This document shows, in pieces, positions 38,885 to 50,417 of a DNA stretch of 64,000 bases. The stretch is taken from positions 2,641,927 through 2,705,926 of the forward strand of contig OZ316898.1 of assembly GCA_973895155.1 (NCBI GenBank), given 5' to 3'. The position numbers and the translations under genes are program-made. Source of the DNA: Marsupella aquatica (taxonomy: Eukaryota; Plantae; Marchantiophyta). The notes under the pieces were generated by a model. The model had not been told where the DNA came from and ran no database searches. It saw only the letters and a list, made by a program, of their open reading frames with translations. Positions within the stretch are counted from its first letter, which is position 1. Each line of letters begins with the position of its first letter.

Positions 38885-39822
38885 TCAGAAAACTTATCAC
38901 TTTGGAGCTCAATTTGCAGCTACTATAATGAGTTCTAATGAGCCAATAGTATACCCAGTAGTGTCCGAACGCAGCTTGGTTGCTGTTCGGCAAGATTTGG
39001 CAAGCGGACGAGCTAACACCCGCAAACCATGAGAACCCATGGCACCCCCAAACCCAGCTGAGCTCACGCCCTCCTCAAGATCTTTTCAACGCACCCAAGA
39101 AGTCCTTCAACGGACTTCTCGTTGGGAAGTTATCGTCATTTCCGTTTGGCGGTTTCCCTTAGTGTCGCGATCGCCGTGACTCACGACTTCGGCTCGCCCT
39201 TAGCCCCCAGGGAGACACCACTCCCCTCATATATGATTTTGGGGACCTGCCACCCCCGGACCAGCTTTGGTCCCTAACCATTTGGCCCTCAACCCGGATC
39301 CCATCGCGCATAATGGGCGCGCCACCAACTAGCAATGCCCATAACTTTCTCGATAGACATCCGCAAGCGGAGTGCCTTAGCCCGTTGTGATCGGGCCAAC
39401 CCGGTGCTCATGCCTAGGTCCTCAGGTCTGATCACCGTTCGGGCCCCCGACCGGCCCAACCCGGATCGGGCCACAACTTGCGCCCCAAGCGTCCGTTGCC
39501 AATGGCGTCAACTCCATTGGCCTTGGGCCCAAGAAGAGCTCACACTCAAGCCCTCAGAAGTCAAAGTCCATCCGGAGGTCCGAACGGCCGTCCTTGAGCC
39601 TGGCCCATTTCCCCTTGACCCAACCAGCTATCCACTAGTCCAAGTCCTTAGTGTGTGCACCCAGCTTGGCTCCTTGCCTCGCTAGTGTCACGTCTCATTG
39701 CCCACAAGTCTCCCCATGCCAAGTCCTCCCGGATGGCCTATTTGGGCCTGGACCATAAGGGAGCTCGGCGTCGGAGTCAGTGACGCCGGAGCTAAGTGTT
39801 AAGGTAGTCGAGTTCCGCGACT

Positions 39823-40440
39823 CTAATCATCATCGGATCCAACATCAACATATAATTCTCTATGGCCCGGAAAGCCAACAACAATTGTGCTTGGAGGAGA
39901 AACGTTTGCTCTCTCCCCATAAATTGTGTGCATGCACTCAAAAGATGGGCAAATTTTCTCGTACTTATCACCTAGTGTAAGTCCCTGCCTCAACTTTGCT
40001 TTTGTGAGTCCAGCACTAGAGTCCCCCTTCATCGCCAAGGCCTCCTTATATTTCTTTAAGAAATGCTGAAACCTTTTCCCAAGGTTATCGCCTGTAGCCA
40101 CAAACTTGGGAAATCCATTGTCATGCAAGTCGATGAGCATCTTCTTGAAAACAATCTTCTTTGGAGGATGTTTACTTGTGATGGATGGACGACTACTGGT
40201 GCCATTGAGCATAGCAAAGTTTTCAGGTACTTCCAACCAATCGACGATCATAGACAGGTGATGTGGCAAAAGCTTACGATTATCTCCTCCTGGACCCATT
40301 GCTGCAGCTTGCGCAACCATATAGATGTCGGATTCAGGAGGTTGGGAGTCGTGGATGACCACTTCAGCAGGAGAATACCTGGGCCGATTTGGATATTGAA
40401 CCTGATGGTTCACATAGTATTCTTCGGCTGACAAGTCCAT
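39823..40440 (-). CDS. PIF/Harbinger-type Myb/SANT-like accessory protein, truncated
   Basis: IVDWLEVPENF..G...KKYKEA..GLT..KYEKICPSFECMHTIYGERANVSP, a pattern typical of Harbinger ORF1 proteins. The element terminus is probably at 58998. Confidence 0.6.
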   Translation of the reverse strand: MDLSAEEYYVNHQVQYPNRPRYSPAEVVIHDSQPPESDIYMVAQAAAMGPGGDNRKLLPHHLSMIVDWLEVPENFAMLNGTSSRPSITSKHPPKKIVFKKMLIDLHDNGFPKFVATGDNLGKRFQHFLKKYKEALAMKGDSSAGLTKAKLRQGLTLGDKYEKICPSFECMHTIYGERANVSPPSTIVVGFPGHRELYVDVGSDDD

Positions 40441-43400
40441 GTTTAGTATCACAGATTTTGCCTCAAAAATTTGGAGAGGAGCGAGGGTATCACAATTTCA
40501 AATCTTCAGACAAGGAATTGAGCGAAGCATTCATGGAGCGACCAACACATTACGGCACGTTCAAATATTCAGGGGGAATCGACGCAAAGCTAGTTTTGCA
40601 GAGTATCCGTCCACCTCAGGTTAACCTCGAGAAATGGCCCAACCACTAGAAGAAACCCACCCTTTCTGAGACCACAAAGAATGTGACTTGTCCGAGACCT
40701 TCATGAAACAGCGACTCCAAGGTTATTGGTGTCATGTTAGTCACACCTTCTTGACTGAGTTTTGGTGAAGTTTTGAGGAGTCATGTTTACAACTTTTAGG
40801 GAAGTTGTAACTATAACTCAGTTAAGGCAATTAGGTTGAAGTCATACAAGCGACTCTACATTAGAGTACAACTTATGAGAGCACAACATTTGAGCCCTTC
40901 AACCTTAAAGTATGAGATCTAACCCAATACATATGATTTTGGATACACCATATGTCATTCCACATAGATTTAATTCTAGTTTGGTCATACCATTTTAAAC
41001 CATGCCATTACTGAGTATTCCATCATTATTCCTACCCCCATCTAGACACCATGAAGCGCCCCAGCCCCATTCAACTGCAAAAAGGATTTGTCAAAGCTTG
41101 CTAACCTAACTTAATGCTTTTTGTAGTCAATCTCTAATTTTTCTATCGACGTCTTCTGGTCGTGCCAAAGGCGTGCTTAATTATCACCCAATTTCAGCCT
41201 CACATATGTAGGTTGGGTTTACTTATTGCCATGCCCCATAAACCACCATGTTTCCCCGGCCCCCTTCATATATGACAACCAATGCATGCTTCATGTTCAA
41301 TATAAGTCCAACTTAAATGTCCAACTTAAATATATATGATCAGCTCTTCACTACCCCAACCCTAAAAAAGTGTACTTCATAATGGTAATGTGGGGTCATA
41401 CCTGAATATTTGGCCACATTTTCACCAAAGGGGGTGGTTCAAAGTTGTGACTAACCACTCACCCCACATATAACTATTGCGTAAGTCCTTTGGTTTCAAA
41501 GGAAAAAACAAATTAGGCAAATCATAGACTTTTGTGTCTCTTTTGTGAACTAATGTCTCCACTTCAATGGGAAGACAAGTGAGTGGTCTTCACGTTCGGC
41601 ATTTCTCTCCCGCACAGGGTTTTGGGAAGGGTCTCCAAGGGAGTTGGTTTGCCTCAAGGGTTTGCAAGCCAAACGGAAGCTTTGCGTGCGATCGTCATTG
41701 AGCTGGTGGGAGGTCATCGAGGTCTTTGGAAGAGAGAGGTCGAATGCCTAGCGCTACCGGGTGAGGAAGTAGAGTATGGCAATGCTGCAACTTTAGGGGT
41801 TTTACGACATCCTACTAACGACTGTTATTGGACCCGGCTTCCAGTTTTGGCGTTGCACTTTTTGAAGTTGAGGTTGGACCTTATTGCGGCCCGATGTGTA
41901 TACACTCCTAGCCTTGCCGTCCTGAGCTGCGAAAGGGTTCTCCCTGTCCTGTCCTTCTGCTTTCGTTGATCGTTGGGCAATGTGAGTAGTAGGAGGCGAG
42001 AAGAGCGAGTGTGTGTTGCATTGAGAAAAGGGAATGTGAGTAGTAGGCATCAAGAGTGATTGTGTGTTGCATCGACAATAGGCACTACGGGAAGCACTGT
42101 GAAGAGTTTGCGAGAATTTAATTCAACATTCAATAGACACTCATTCCTTGAAGCTAGGAGAGTGAATTCGATATTCAGTTGCAACTTGGGATCGAGAACC
42201 AGGAGCTTGTCACTTGGCTTGCATTTGGACTATTCTTGCTGCGGATTGCTACGCAGCACGGCTTGGTGCTGCATCGCCCCAGGTAAAGCTGCAATCCCTA
42301 TCTTTGCGGTCCTACGTCGCTGCAAGTTTAGTTGTCTCCCCACGGTCTTCTGAGCTTGGTGTCCATAGCTTACCGTGAGCATTGGAAGATCAACCTAGCG
42401 AGCATTGGAAGAGCGTTCGATCAAGTGTGGGTACAACATGCTGATACCTTTGAGCTGGGAGAGCTCAGAGAGTTGAGCTGCAAAGCTTGTAGTTGCGGAC
42501 TCTATTTCAGTTTAGGCGGGAATGTTTTTGGTCTTTAGAGCTCATTGTAATGCAGATAAAAACTTTCAGTGTTTTTGGAGGTAAGTGAGTCTATAGAGGC
42601 GCTCAACAAACGCAAGGACCTGTTCTTGGGAGCAGAGAGCTGCAATACTGATCAACTGAAATTGGATGAGAGTGAGTCCAGGCCCTGCGGAGCTGAACTT
42701 AGCTGAATGACAAAGATTGAGCGTGCGCGGCTGAACTGAAGTGTGGCTCAATAGCAACGGGGCGCTAAGAGTGTGGGATAGTCCTGGGAGTAGCAGCCCA
42801 TCCCAGAGCATTTTTGTCATCACAAGGTAAGTTTTCAATGACTGCTTCTGTCGCCATGCAACTTAAGTCAGGCAGCGGGGTTTAGGGTGTTGAAAGAACG
42901 GGAGTGGGTTCTCGCTTTGCACTCCTGTCAACTTTTTTTTGTCTCTCTCTATATCTCTTTGTCTTTAGCTTAGTTTGAGAGCACAGTCTTCAATCAAGGC
43001 TCTAAGCTATTCTCTTGGCTGTTGTAGCCGCAGTAGAACCAAGGGCCGCGTAGTTGCAATTGATTTTGATCAACATCCATTTAGATTACTTCACTGTTTA
43101 AGGTAATTGTTGAAGAGAACGGAGGACTGTGTAGCTTACATTTAGTCATATCCTAAGTCCCGGTGTTGCAGTGGTGTCCCCGACCCTAAGATGCCACCCG
43201 AAATCATCTTTCTTGTTTCCTGCTGCTGCTAATGTATGTATGTTCTCCCCTATTTTTGCTTACTGATTGGTCTCTCCACACTTCTTGCTTGACATGACTG
43301 TTTCGCTCCTCCCTGTATCAGAACATGCCTTGTGCCCCGTGCTCTGGCGGTGGGGTGGGGGGGTGAACAGACGGCCTTAAGGTCCACTAAATTTATAGGA

Positions 43401-43643
43401 ACCGTGCAATCGTTCAGCTGATTTTAGCAGCAAGTTCCCTTGCTTTCCCCTGTTTTTGCTAAGATCCCTCCCCACTAACACATGCATCCTTTACTTTTCT
43501 CGGTGGCCCGTGCGCTTGCCTTCCTACTTTCGTTCTTATGGATTGCGTGTTCATTCCAGAAGAATGAATATGTACACTTTGCACAAACCTGGACAGATTT
43601 TGAATGTTATTTATCTGAGTTTCTGTTTGTGAGCTCTGACTTG

Positions 43644-44982
43644 GAGCCTTAACATTTGTGTTTCTGTGGGGCTGAGCAGAGTTTGTTCCATCCAGAAGCT
43701 GCTGTACTGAAGTGATCGGCCTCCGGTTTGTGTTGCAACTGGCAGCAGATGCATGGAGTGCAGCGAAGGGAGGCGCTATTCATGTGAGCTGACAGGGGAG
43801 CTGGACTTGTGAGCCGTGGTTGCAGCTACGTCTTGGAGCTACGACCTATGAGTTGTGGCTAGAGCTACGACTTGACTTGAAGGTGACGCATGAAGAGTAA
43901 TTTTGCAATCCATGAATGTTTGTACTCAATGTTATAGATGCATAGGGTGGGTGTTGCATTTTGTTACTGTAAAATGTCCGTGATGTCGTGAGATGTTCTG
44001 TTCCTTGGATTGAGACAATTCTTAGATCTCTGCATCAGCGATTATTGTATGTCATGTCTCACCTCAGATCATGAACGTGATTGGTTGGAGACTATATTAA
44101 TTGGGGAGGAGCTCCAATCCGTTGTCATTGCTTCTCAGTGGAGTGTTGTTTTAGTAAGCTACATGGGGCAACAGAGCGCAAGTTGCTGCTTGCAAGTTCA
44201 CGCCTGCTACCTGCTACCTACGACTTCCGCCTGAAAGGTATGACATTCACATATGCGCATTTCTGGTCTCCAGTTGATCAATGTACTTATTCCCGCTGCC
44301 TTGAAATGGACCTCAAATTTCCATGCTCCAATACGCTACTGTGATCGAAGCCTATCACGATGCAAAAACAGAGGAGAGGCAGAATCAGAGCCCGGACACC
44401 AACATGTACAGATATCACGAAGCTAAAATAGAGGAGAGGAAGAATCAGTGCTCGGCTCGGACACCAAAGTGTACAGACATCATGAAGCTAACTACAAGCT
44501 AGCAGATAGGTCAAATGCTCCCAAATCGAGTCAGAGGAAAGTTACTAAGACTACCTTCACAACTCTCAAGTCTGGAAAGTAAAAATCAGCCTGAGACACG
44601 TAGCAAGAACTGTTGTCTGCTAGGAACTGTTGTCTGCTTTCTTGGGGATCGTCATGTGTATGTAATTGCATACACATTCTACCTGAGGGGAGTATGACTG
44701 TACACCTCAGGTAGAACCGAGTACTATCTATCGCATGATATAATTCCTCTACAATTTTGTATTAATGTTGCCTAAGTGCTTTGTTGTATTGTTTTGGTTG
44801 TAATGACGTCACTTGCATTTCATAGTCAGTCTTAGTTGGTTGGCTTGGTACTCATTTGCTTTTCACTCCCTCTGGCTAGTGAATTTGTCTATTGTTGCTG
44901 AGCCTTAACATTTGTGTTTCTGTGGGGCTGAGCAGAGTTTGTTCCGTCTAGAAGCTGCTGTACTGAAGTGATCAGCCTCCGG
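43644..44982 (+). repeat. 83-bp dispersed duplication inside CACTA C (43644-43726 and 44900-44982)
   Basis: gagccttaacatttgtgtttctgtggggctgagcagag...cctccgg occurs twice. Confidence 0.9.
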
Positions 44983-45265
44983 CTTGGAGGTGAATCTTCA
45001 ATTTTTTGTGGATCCGAGTGACTTCTGTCCAACTGAGTTTTGCTTTGTCGGGACGATTGTGTTTGGCTAAGATGCTAGATTGTGGCTTGTCTTCTTGCTT
45101 CCAGCTTGTGTATTTTCAATTAATAGAAGTTGGGAACGAAGTGATAATTGAATTTCCTTATATTAAGCATCTTCACCTAGAAACTCAATACATAAACTCC
45201 AGGATTCCCTCGGGACATAAAATGAGCCAAATTGTCTCAAAATTGGGAACCTGCACCCGCACTAC

Positions 45266-45608
45266 TCAAACAATTGTGTTGGGCTTGGTGGCCTTGTAAG
45301 TCTTCTTTAGCTTTCGCAATGGAGGTTGAATCTTGTAGTACGTCAAGGGGAACTTGATCTTTGAATCATGGAACTGCTTGGTACTTTCTCGCTTGCACAA
45401 AGAGACAGGGACTGTCGTAGTCTTCATGATCTGGATGCAAGGGAACCGAACTCTATGACAAGAAGCCATCTCATCATACATCTGCTCTGCAGCTCCGTTT
45501 CTTGTGGTATCACAATATTCCTTGTACATGTTGTGATAACCTGTACGACTCTGATACGTGGACCCAGATACCGAAGTTCTTAATTGTGGTGGGCTTCTTT
45601 TCGAAGAT
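45266..45608 (-). pseudogene. RPL18A: Captured last exon of 60S ribosomal protein L18a (eL20)
   Basis: cag|[16 protein letters not shown] / frameshift / [61 protein letters not shown]. Confidence 0.93.
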
Positions 45609-46616
45609 CTGGTAGACACATTATTCAGCATTTGCTAACTTCGAAACTAGAAGGGGAACACATTAAACAACAGAGAAACTCACAACATCCTCCTTTGGTC
45701 CTTCAGAGTCTGTACTTTGATTCTGAAGTTTGACTGAGTTTTTGTTTACTAAAAGAATGTGACTGTGTAAGAGTTCCGTTTGGCAGTGGATTGGTTGAAG
45801 CACTTCATGCTAGTGTGTTGTCCACAGCTCTTCAACCAGCTTTCGTCTTCCTTGTCTTTCACCACTTACGATGACATCAATTCAGCTAAGACCATAGAAG
45901 GTTCCAAAGCATCTAACTTGTAAAATCGCATTCTGTTACATCAAGGACTAAGGTGTTGGGTGCCAAAGGAGACAGCACAACAAACACGCTGAAAAGACTT
46001 CAGGACTGGGTTCAACAAGGTAGTGAAGGTGCTTAGAGCCATAGTAAGTATGCATTCTGTATCTTTCTCTGTTGATGTGAGCTTGTGCATAATGGGAGTT
46101 GTAGTTGGCAAGAGTTCCAAATATGAATAGATCCAGAAGTATGTGATCATGTACTTGCTCTATAAAGTTCTGAAGATATAAGCATTTTCTGTTAGACCAG
46201 GCAACTTGGGAGTTGGTAAGTGTCACCTGCATCTGAGGGGCTACACCGGGGCATCAGTGGAGGTTCACTTGCACAACACGACAACCAGTGAATTTTCTCT
46301 CTGCTGCAACCTGCAAGGTGAGACTTTCGGTCTTTCTGGATGAAAAAATAGGAGTTTAATATGATTGATATACATGTCCGTCGAGAATATGGGTTTATCA
46401 CCAAGCTCTTTGTCTTAGGAAACTCATAAACTCAGAATCAAATATGTACTATGCACGTTTCATGCTATGTGTATACTATGACCTGTAGTTGGAACCAAGA
46501 CAATGAGTGGGAACTGATTAGTTTAGGTGGTTGCTGTTGGCGAGGCAAGTCGACCTCCTGCTCACCTTGCTCATCAAAGGACGTGAACAGAGGACATCAC
46601 AACGAAAGCAACACTT

Positions 46617-46994
46617 ATGGTGAGGACCCGCAACGCTGAACATGTGCGACTTGCACGCAAGGCAGAGATGTTGCGCCTTGAGTATGTCAGACTTGGGATC
46701 CTTCCAGCCCAGTCTGCATGGTACTTTGAGTACCCTGTTGTTTCCAGGAACAACTACAGCCGGCCTCTACCTGCTTCAGTACCCTTCCCGACATCCTTGG
46801 TATTTGTGTCTCTTGTACATGACCCGCCACAAATTAGGTGCCAAGGGTGTGTACACAGTTGCCAATATGACTGTCCTGCCTGTAGGGCTTCTGGCCCAGA
46901 ATTGGATGACCGTTCTCTTGGATGCCGATTTTTGCACAGAGCACAATGTATCATCTGGAACCACTCGCCATCCTGCAGTGTGCATGCCTGGTGA
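46617..46994 (+). CDS. 125-aa Cys/His-rich orphan protein (cargo of CACTA C)
   Basis: ATG-initiated ORF with CxxCxxxCxxxCxxC...C..H..C..H..C, co-oriented with the other cargo genes. Confidence 0.45.
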   Translation: MVRTRNAEHVRLARKAEMLRLEYVRLGILPAQSAWYFEYPVVSRNNYSRPLPASVPFPTSLVFVSLVHDPPQIRCQGCVHSCQYDCPACRASGPELDDRSLGCRFLHRAQCIIWNHSPSCSVHAW

Positions 46995-47685
46995 TGTCAC
47001 TTGTCCTGCCCTCCCAGACCCCACCACCGGTGACTTTGGTGTCTACACATGTTTGGATCACATGCTCTAGAGGACCACTTGTCACACCGCATGCACAGAC
47101 CAGATACCATTGACCTATAGCTTAACACTCTGACTTCAACACAGAGGATATTTACTTAAAATTTTGATGTATGAGCAATTTTGGGTCCAGGGTTTAGGGT
47201 CAACAGTACATAACTTATATTCTATTATGCCTGCACTAAGCAAAATATCCTAATTTAAGAGGCTAGCAAACTCGCATAAAAGTCTCTATTGAAAGACTGC
47301 TTTCATGACTGCTTTAACCTGGTGAACATTGCAATGTTGAATGAATTAATGGGCCATGTGATAATATGCAAAATGATTTATGCCTCACTTATTTGTCTCA
47401 GCCACTATCATAACCTATTTAGGATGTATAAATTTCAACCCTTATGACACTGCTTCATACCAATCCTCTTCGAAGAATGCCTGTTTTACATGTCACGACT
47501 ATTGTATGTGATTCAAATGCATGAAATGTTGTTGCAGATCTCCTTTGGTGAATCATAGCCACAATTAAAATTGAGGTGTTGGTGGAGAAATTGTATTAGG
47601 GGATCAGTTTTGTGTGTGGGCTCAACATACCAAAAGTATGTGTGCTCTGCATCCTTGTGTGGCCATTCCAATTCATTGCAGTAGC

Positions 47686-47829
47686 AAATGCCTTTGTACC
47701 TTAAATGCTAAATATATTTTACTTTCTGTGCAGTCTGCTAAATTGTAGAGTCTATCTAAATGCCTTTGTACCTTAAATGCTAAATATATTTTACTTTCTG
47801 TGCAGTCTGCTAAATTGTAGAGTCTATCT
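47686..47829 (+). repeat. Perfect 72-bp tandem duplication directly upstream of the PHD gene
   Basis: aaatgcctttgtacc...gagtctatct x2, including a tttctgtgcag acceptor. Confidence 0.95.
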
Positions 47830-47840
47830 CATGCGCAAGC

Positions 47841-48519
47841 ATGGCACGGCCTAAAATTCAAGCCAAAAAGCGTGTGACAGAGGTGAGAAACACAGGTGTA
47901 CTTGGGGCAGATGCTACTAACTTCTCTGCAAGTCAGATTCCAGAAGGCAGCTCATTGTTGTGCCATTTGTGACGATGGTGGGGGCCTGGTCATTTGTGAG
48001 GGCCCTTGCATGAGGCATTTCCACCTCAACCCGGAGTCTGACCTTGCTACAGAAAACAACTGTCCAGGGGTGGGCCTCCCGTCAACACACCAGGGAGACT
48101 GGATGTGCACTGATTGTTTGGAGAAGCAGGCTAAGTGTGCACAGTGTGGGAAGTTGGGGTCCTATGAGGGCTCTGTTGATGCTGCAGCAAATGTTAGGAA
48201 ATGTCCAGACCGTTTTTGTGTGAGATTTTTCTGTTTTGAGTGTTTGCCTGCTCATGCCACAGCTTGCCCACTTCATAGGTGCAAGGCATGTGGTGAGCAT
48301 GATGATGACTACTGGACTGACATAGTCCACTGTGCTAGGTGTCCCACTATGTGGCACTATCATTGCCTGAAAGATCATCAAGCAGAGGGTTATGCTTGTG
48401 ACAGAGAAATCTATGATCACTCTGCACATGGTGTTGATCGATGGATATTTTATTGTCATCGCCATGCCATTGATCCTACCTCGCGCACTCCTGTGAGAGA
48501 TCACATATCTTGGCTGTGA
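47841..48519 (+). CDS. Stand-alone EDM2-like composite PHD finger protein (predicted exons 47841-47882 and 47944-48519)
   Basis: CAICDDGG.LVICEGPCMRHFH..C..G..W.C.DC..K..C..CGKLGS..C..C..F..C..CPLHRC..C..CARCP..H..CL..IFYC..H.ID..TPVRDH is collinear with the EDM2 PHD region. No stops. Confidence 0.85.
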
Positions 48520-49111
48520 AGCTGAACATTGTACATGCACAGTGCACCTGATGTGGATGTACTATTTTTTGAGATTGCAGAGATTCCAATTTTGAAAAGG
48601 AGTTGGGTAGGCGAGTTTATATAGGCAGCACTTATCTTGTGCTCTGGCGTCAGTGGCTGGGTACATGCCTATACAAACTTATCCTTACAAGCCTTCTTGG
48701 AAGTATTTAGGCTGAGTGGTCATTTTCATAAACACTTTCATCAGACTGCTAAATTAAAACAGGACTTCTAAGTTGTAAGCGTATAAATTATCAGGCATGC
48801 AATTAATCAAATTGCCCTATAAGTTTGTCATTGAATGTATCCTCCTTTACAACAAAATATGTATGTGCCATGACAAGTTGGTTGCACTTCATTTCACCAC
48901 GGATATGGATTTTGTAGTATATATTCAAACAATGTCCTGCATCCGTGCAGGTGCCTATTACGTATTGTTCACATATCCCTTGTACCTATCAAAATCGGAC
49001 TTGAGCACCAGTGGGCCAGATCAACTCAAAAAGCAGGAATTTTGTTGTCCTTGTATTGTCAGGTGAACCCATTCTTCCAAAATTCACTATCATCACGTAG
49101 GGTGTGTGTAC

Positions 49112-49984
49112 ATGGAGCCTGGTAAACGTAGAAAGTGTGACCACCCAGCAGTGTTTACAGGGGTCAGAGCGATTTTGGTCCATGGCCAGCATGGGTTGAC
49201 CAAAGTGCATTGGCCAACTGTACAGAAACGATTCTCTGAGCTCCATGGCACTGTAGTTCAGGACATCACTCCAGAGACTACACATGTTGTTGCAGGGACA
49301 TGGCTATCAGTGATAAAGAAGTGGTCATGGTCCTACATGAATTCTGCAATTACTAAGCAAGGCCTAAAAGTAGTTGAGGCCTCTTGGATCACAGATTCCA
49401 TAGCACATAAGATTGTACAGGATACTGAGCAATATGAGTTGTGGGAGGATGAAGAAGCTACTGCATCAGCTTGGGCTGAACAAGAAGTCTGGGAAGCAAA
49501 GGCACGGCTTGCTGATCTCCAATATGGACCTGTACTCAACAAAAGACAGAGCTCTACAAGGCTGAAGAGTATGTTGGCTGAGGAGACGAAGCAACCAACC
49601 CCCATTCTGAAAGGGCTGAGCATGGTATTTGTGGAGGCGGGAATTGGAGAGGTTAAGTGCAAAGTGTACAAGTCCACAGTGCTTGACCTAGGTGGGACAG
49701 TGGAGGAGAATATAACAGAGGACACCACTCATGTCATTACTAAGTCATATCCCAAAGCCTGCCGCAAGTTTGGGAAGGGAGACATTCGCTTTTATGTCAT
49801 GTCCCATAATGTGTTTGTGGTTTCATATGCTTGGCTTGTGGAATCAGTAGCAGCTGGGAAGCGTCAAAACCCAATGGACTATGATCTTTTTGAGGCCTGG
49901 CCATGGAAGGGTCAGGATCCTTACAGAGAGGACTATGAGACAACAAGTGAGGAATGGGTCATTAGCGATTCTGAATCAGAGTGA
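49112..49984 (+). CDS. Tandem BRCT protein (cargo of CACTA C)
   Basis: Two BRCT repeats: VFTGV..GTVVQDITPETTHVV..VVEASWITDS and LKGL..LGGTVEENITEDTTHVI..VVSYAWLVES. Intact ORF of about 290 aa with an acidic tail. Confidence 0.88.
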   Translation: MEPGKRRKCDHPAVFTGVRAILVHGQHGLTKVHWPTVQKRFSELHGTVVQDITPETTHVVAGTWLSVIKKWSWSYMNSAITKQGLKVVEASWITDSIAHKIVQDTEQYELWEDEEATASAWAEQEVWEAKARLADLQYGPVLNKRQSSTRLKSMLAEETKQPTPILKGLSMVFVEAGIGEVKCKVYKSTVLDLGGTVEENITEDTTHVITKSYPKACRKFGKGDIRFYVMSHNVFVVSYAWLVESVAAGKRQNPMDYDLFEAWPWKGQDPYREDYETTSEEWVISDSESE

Positions 49985-50417
49985 GGAGTAGTAGCATCAG
50001 TTTGGACACAAGTTTTTTTGTATAAATCAGATCATTGAAATAAATGTGATCTTTGAACTAATGTACCTTGTTATGGTTGGTGGCAGTTGGGCTTATTTTA
50101 CTGTTGGCGGATTGTTGTTTCCTGCTGCCTGGGGGTGTCACTGTAAACGTACATGCAGAGGCGGTACATTTGAGGACAGCGGAGGAGGTGGTGACACCCT
50201 CCAACATTTAGGAATTTTGTGTCATTCACTTGACAATAGGTACACTACTTGCGAACCTGTTTTTTTCTTTTGGGGTGGTTTAGGGTTTGTGAGAATTTAG
50301 TACACGTTAAGTTAACTCTTTTGGCAGATACAGTCAGGGATATATGGAACACAAATACCACCATTAGGCATCCTTGTTCACTGCTGTCCATGACTGCAGA
50401 GCTCCCAGCCTGTTACA

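Noticed and set aside
47190-47200. TTTAGGG telomere-like motifs (also near 42880, 50280, 62978)
   Set aside because: Isolated single copies, not arrays.
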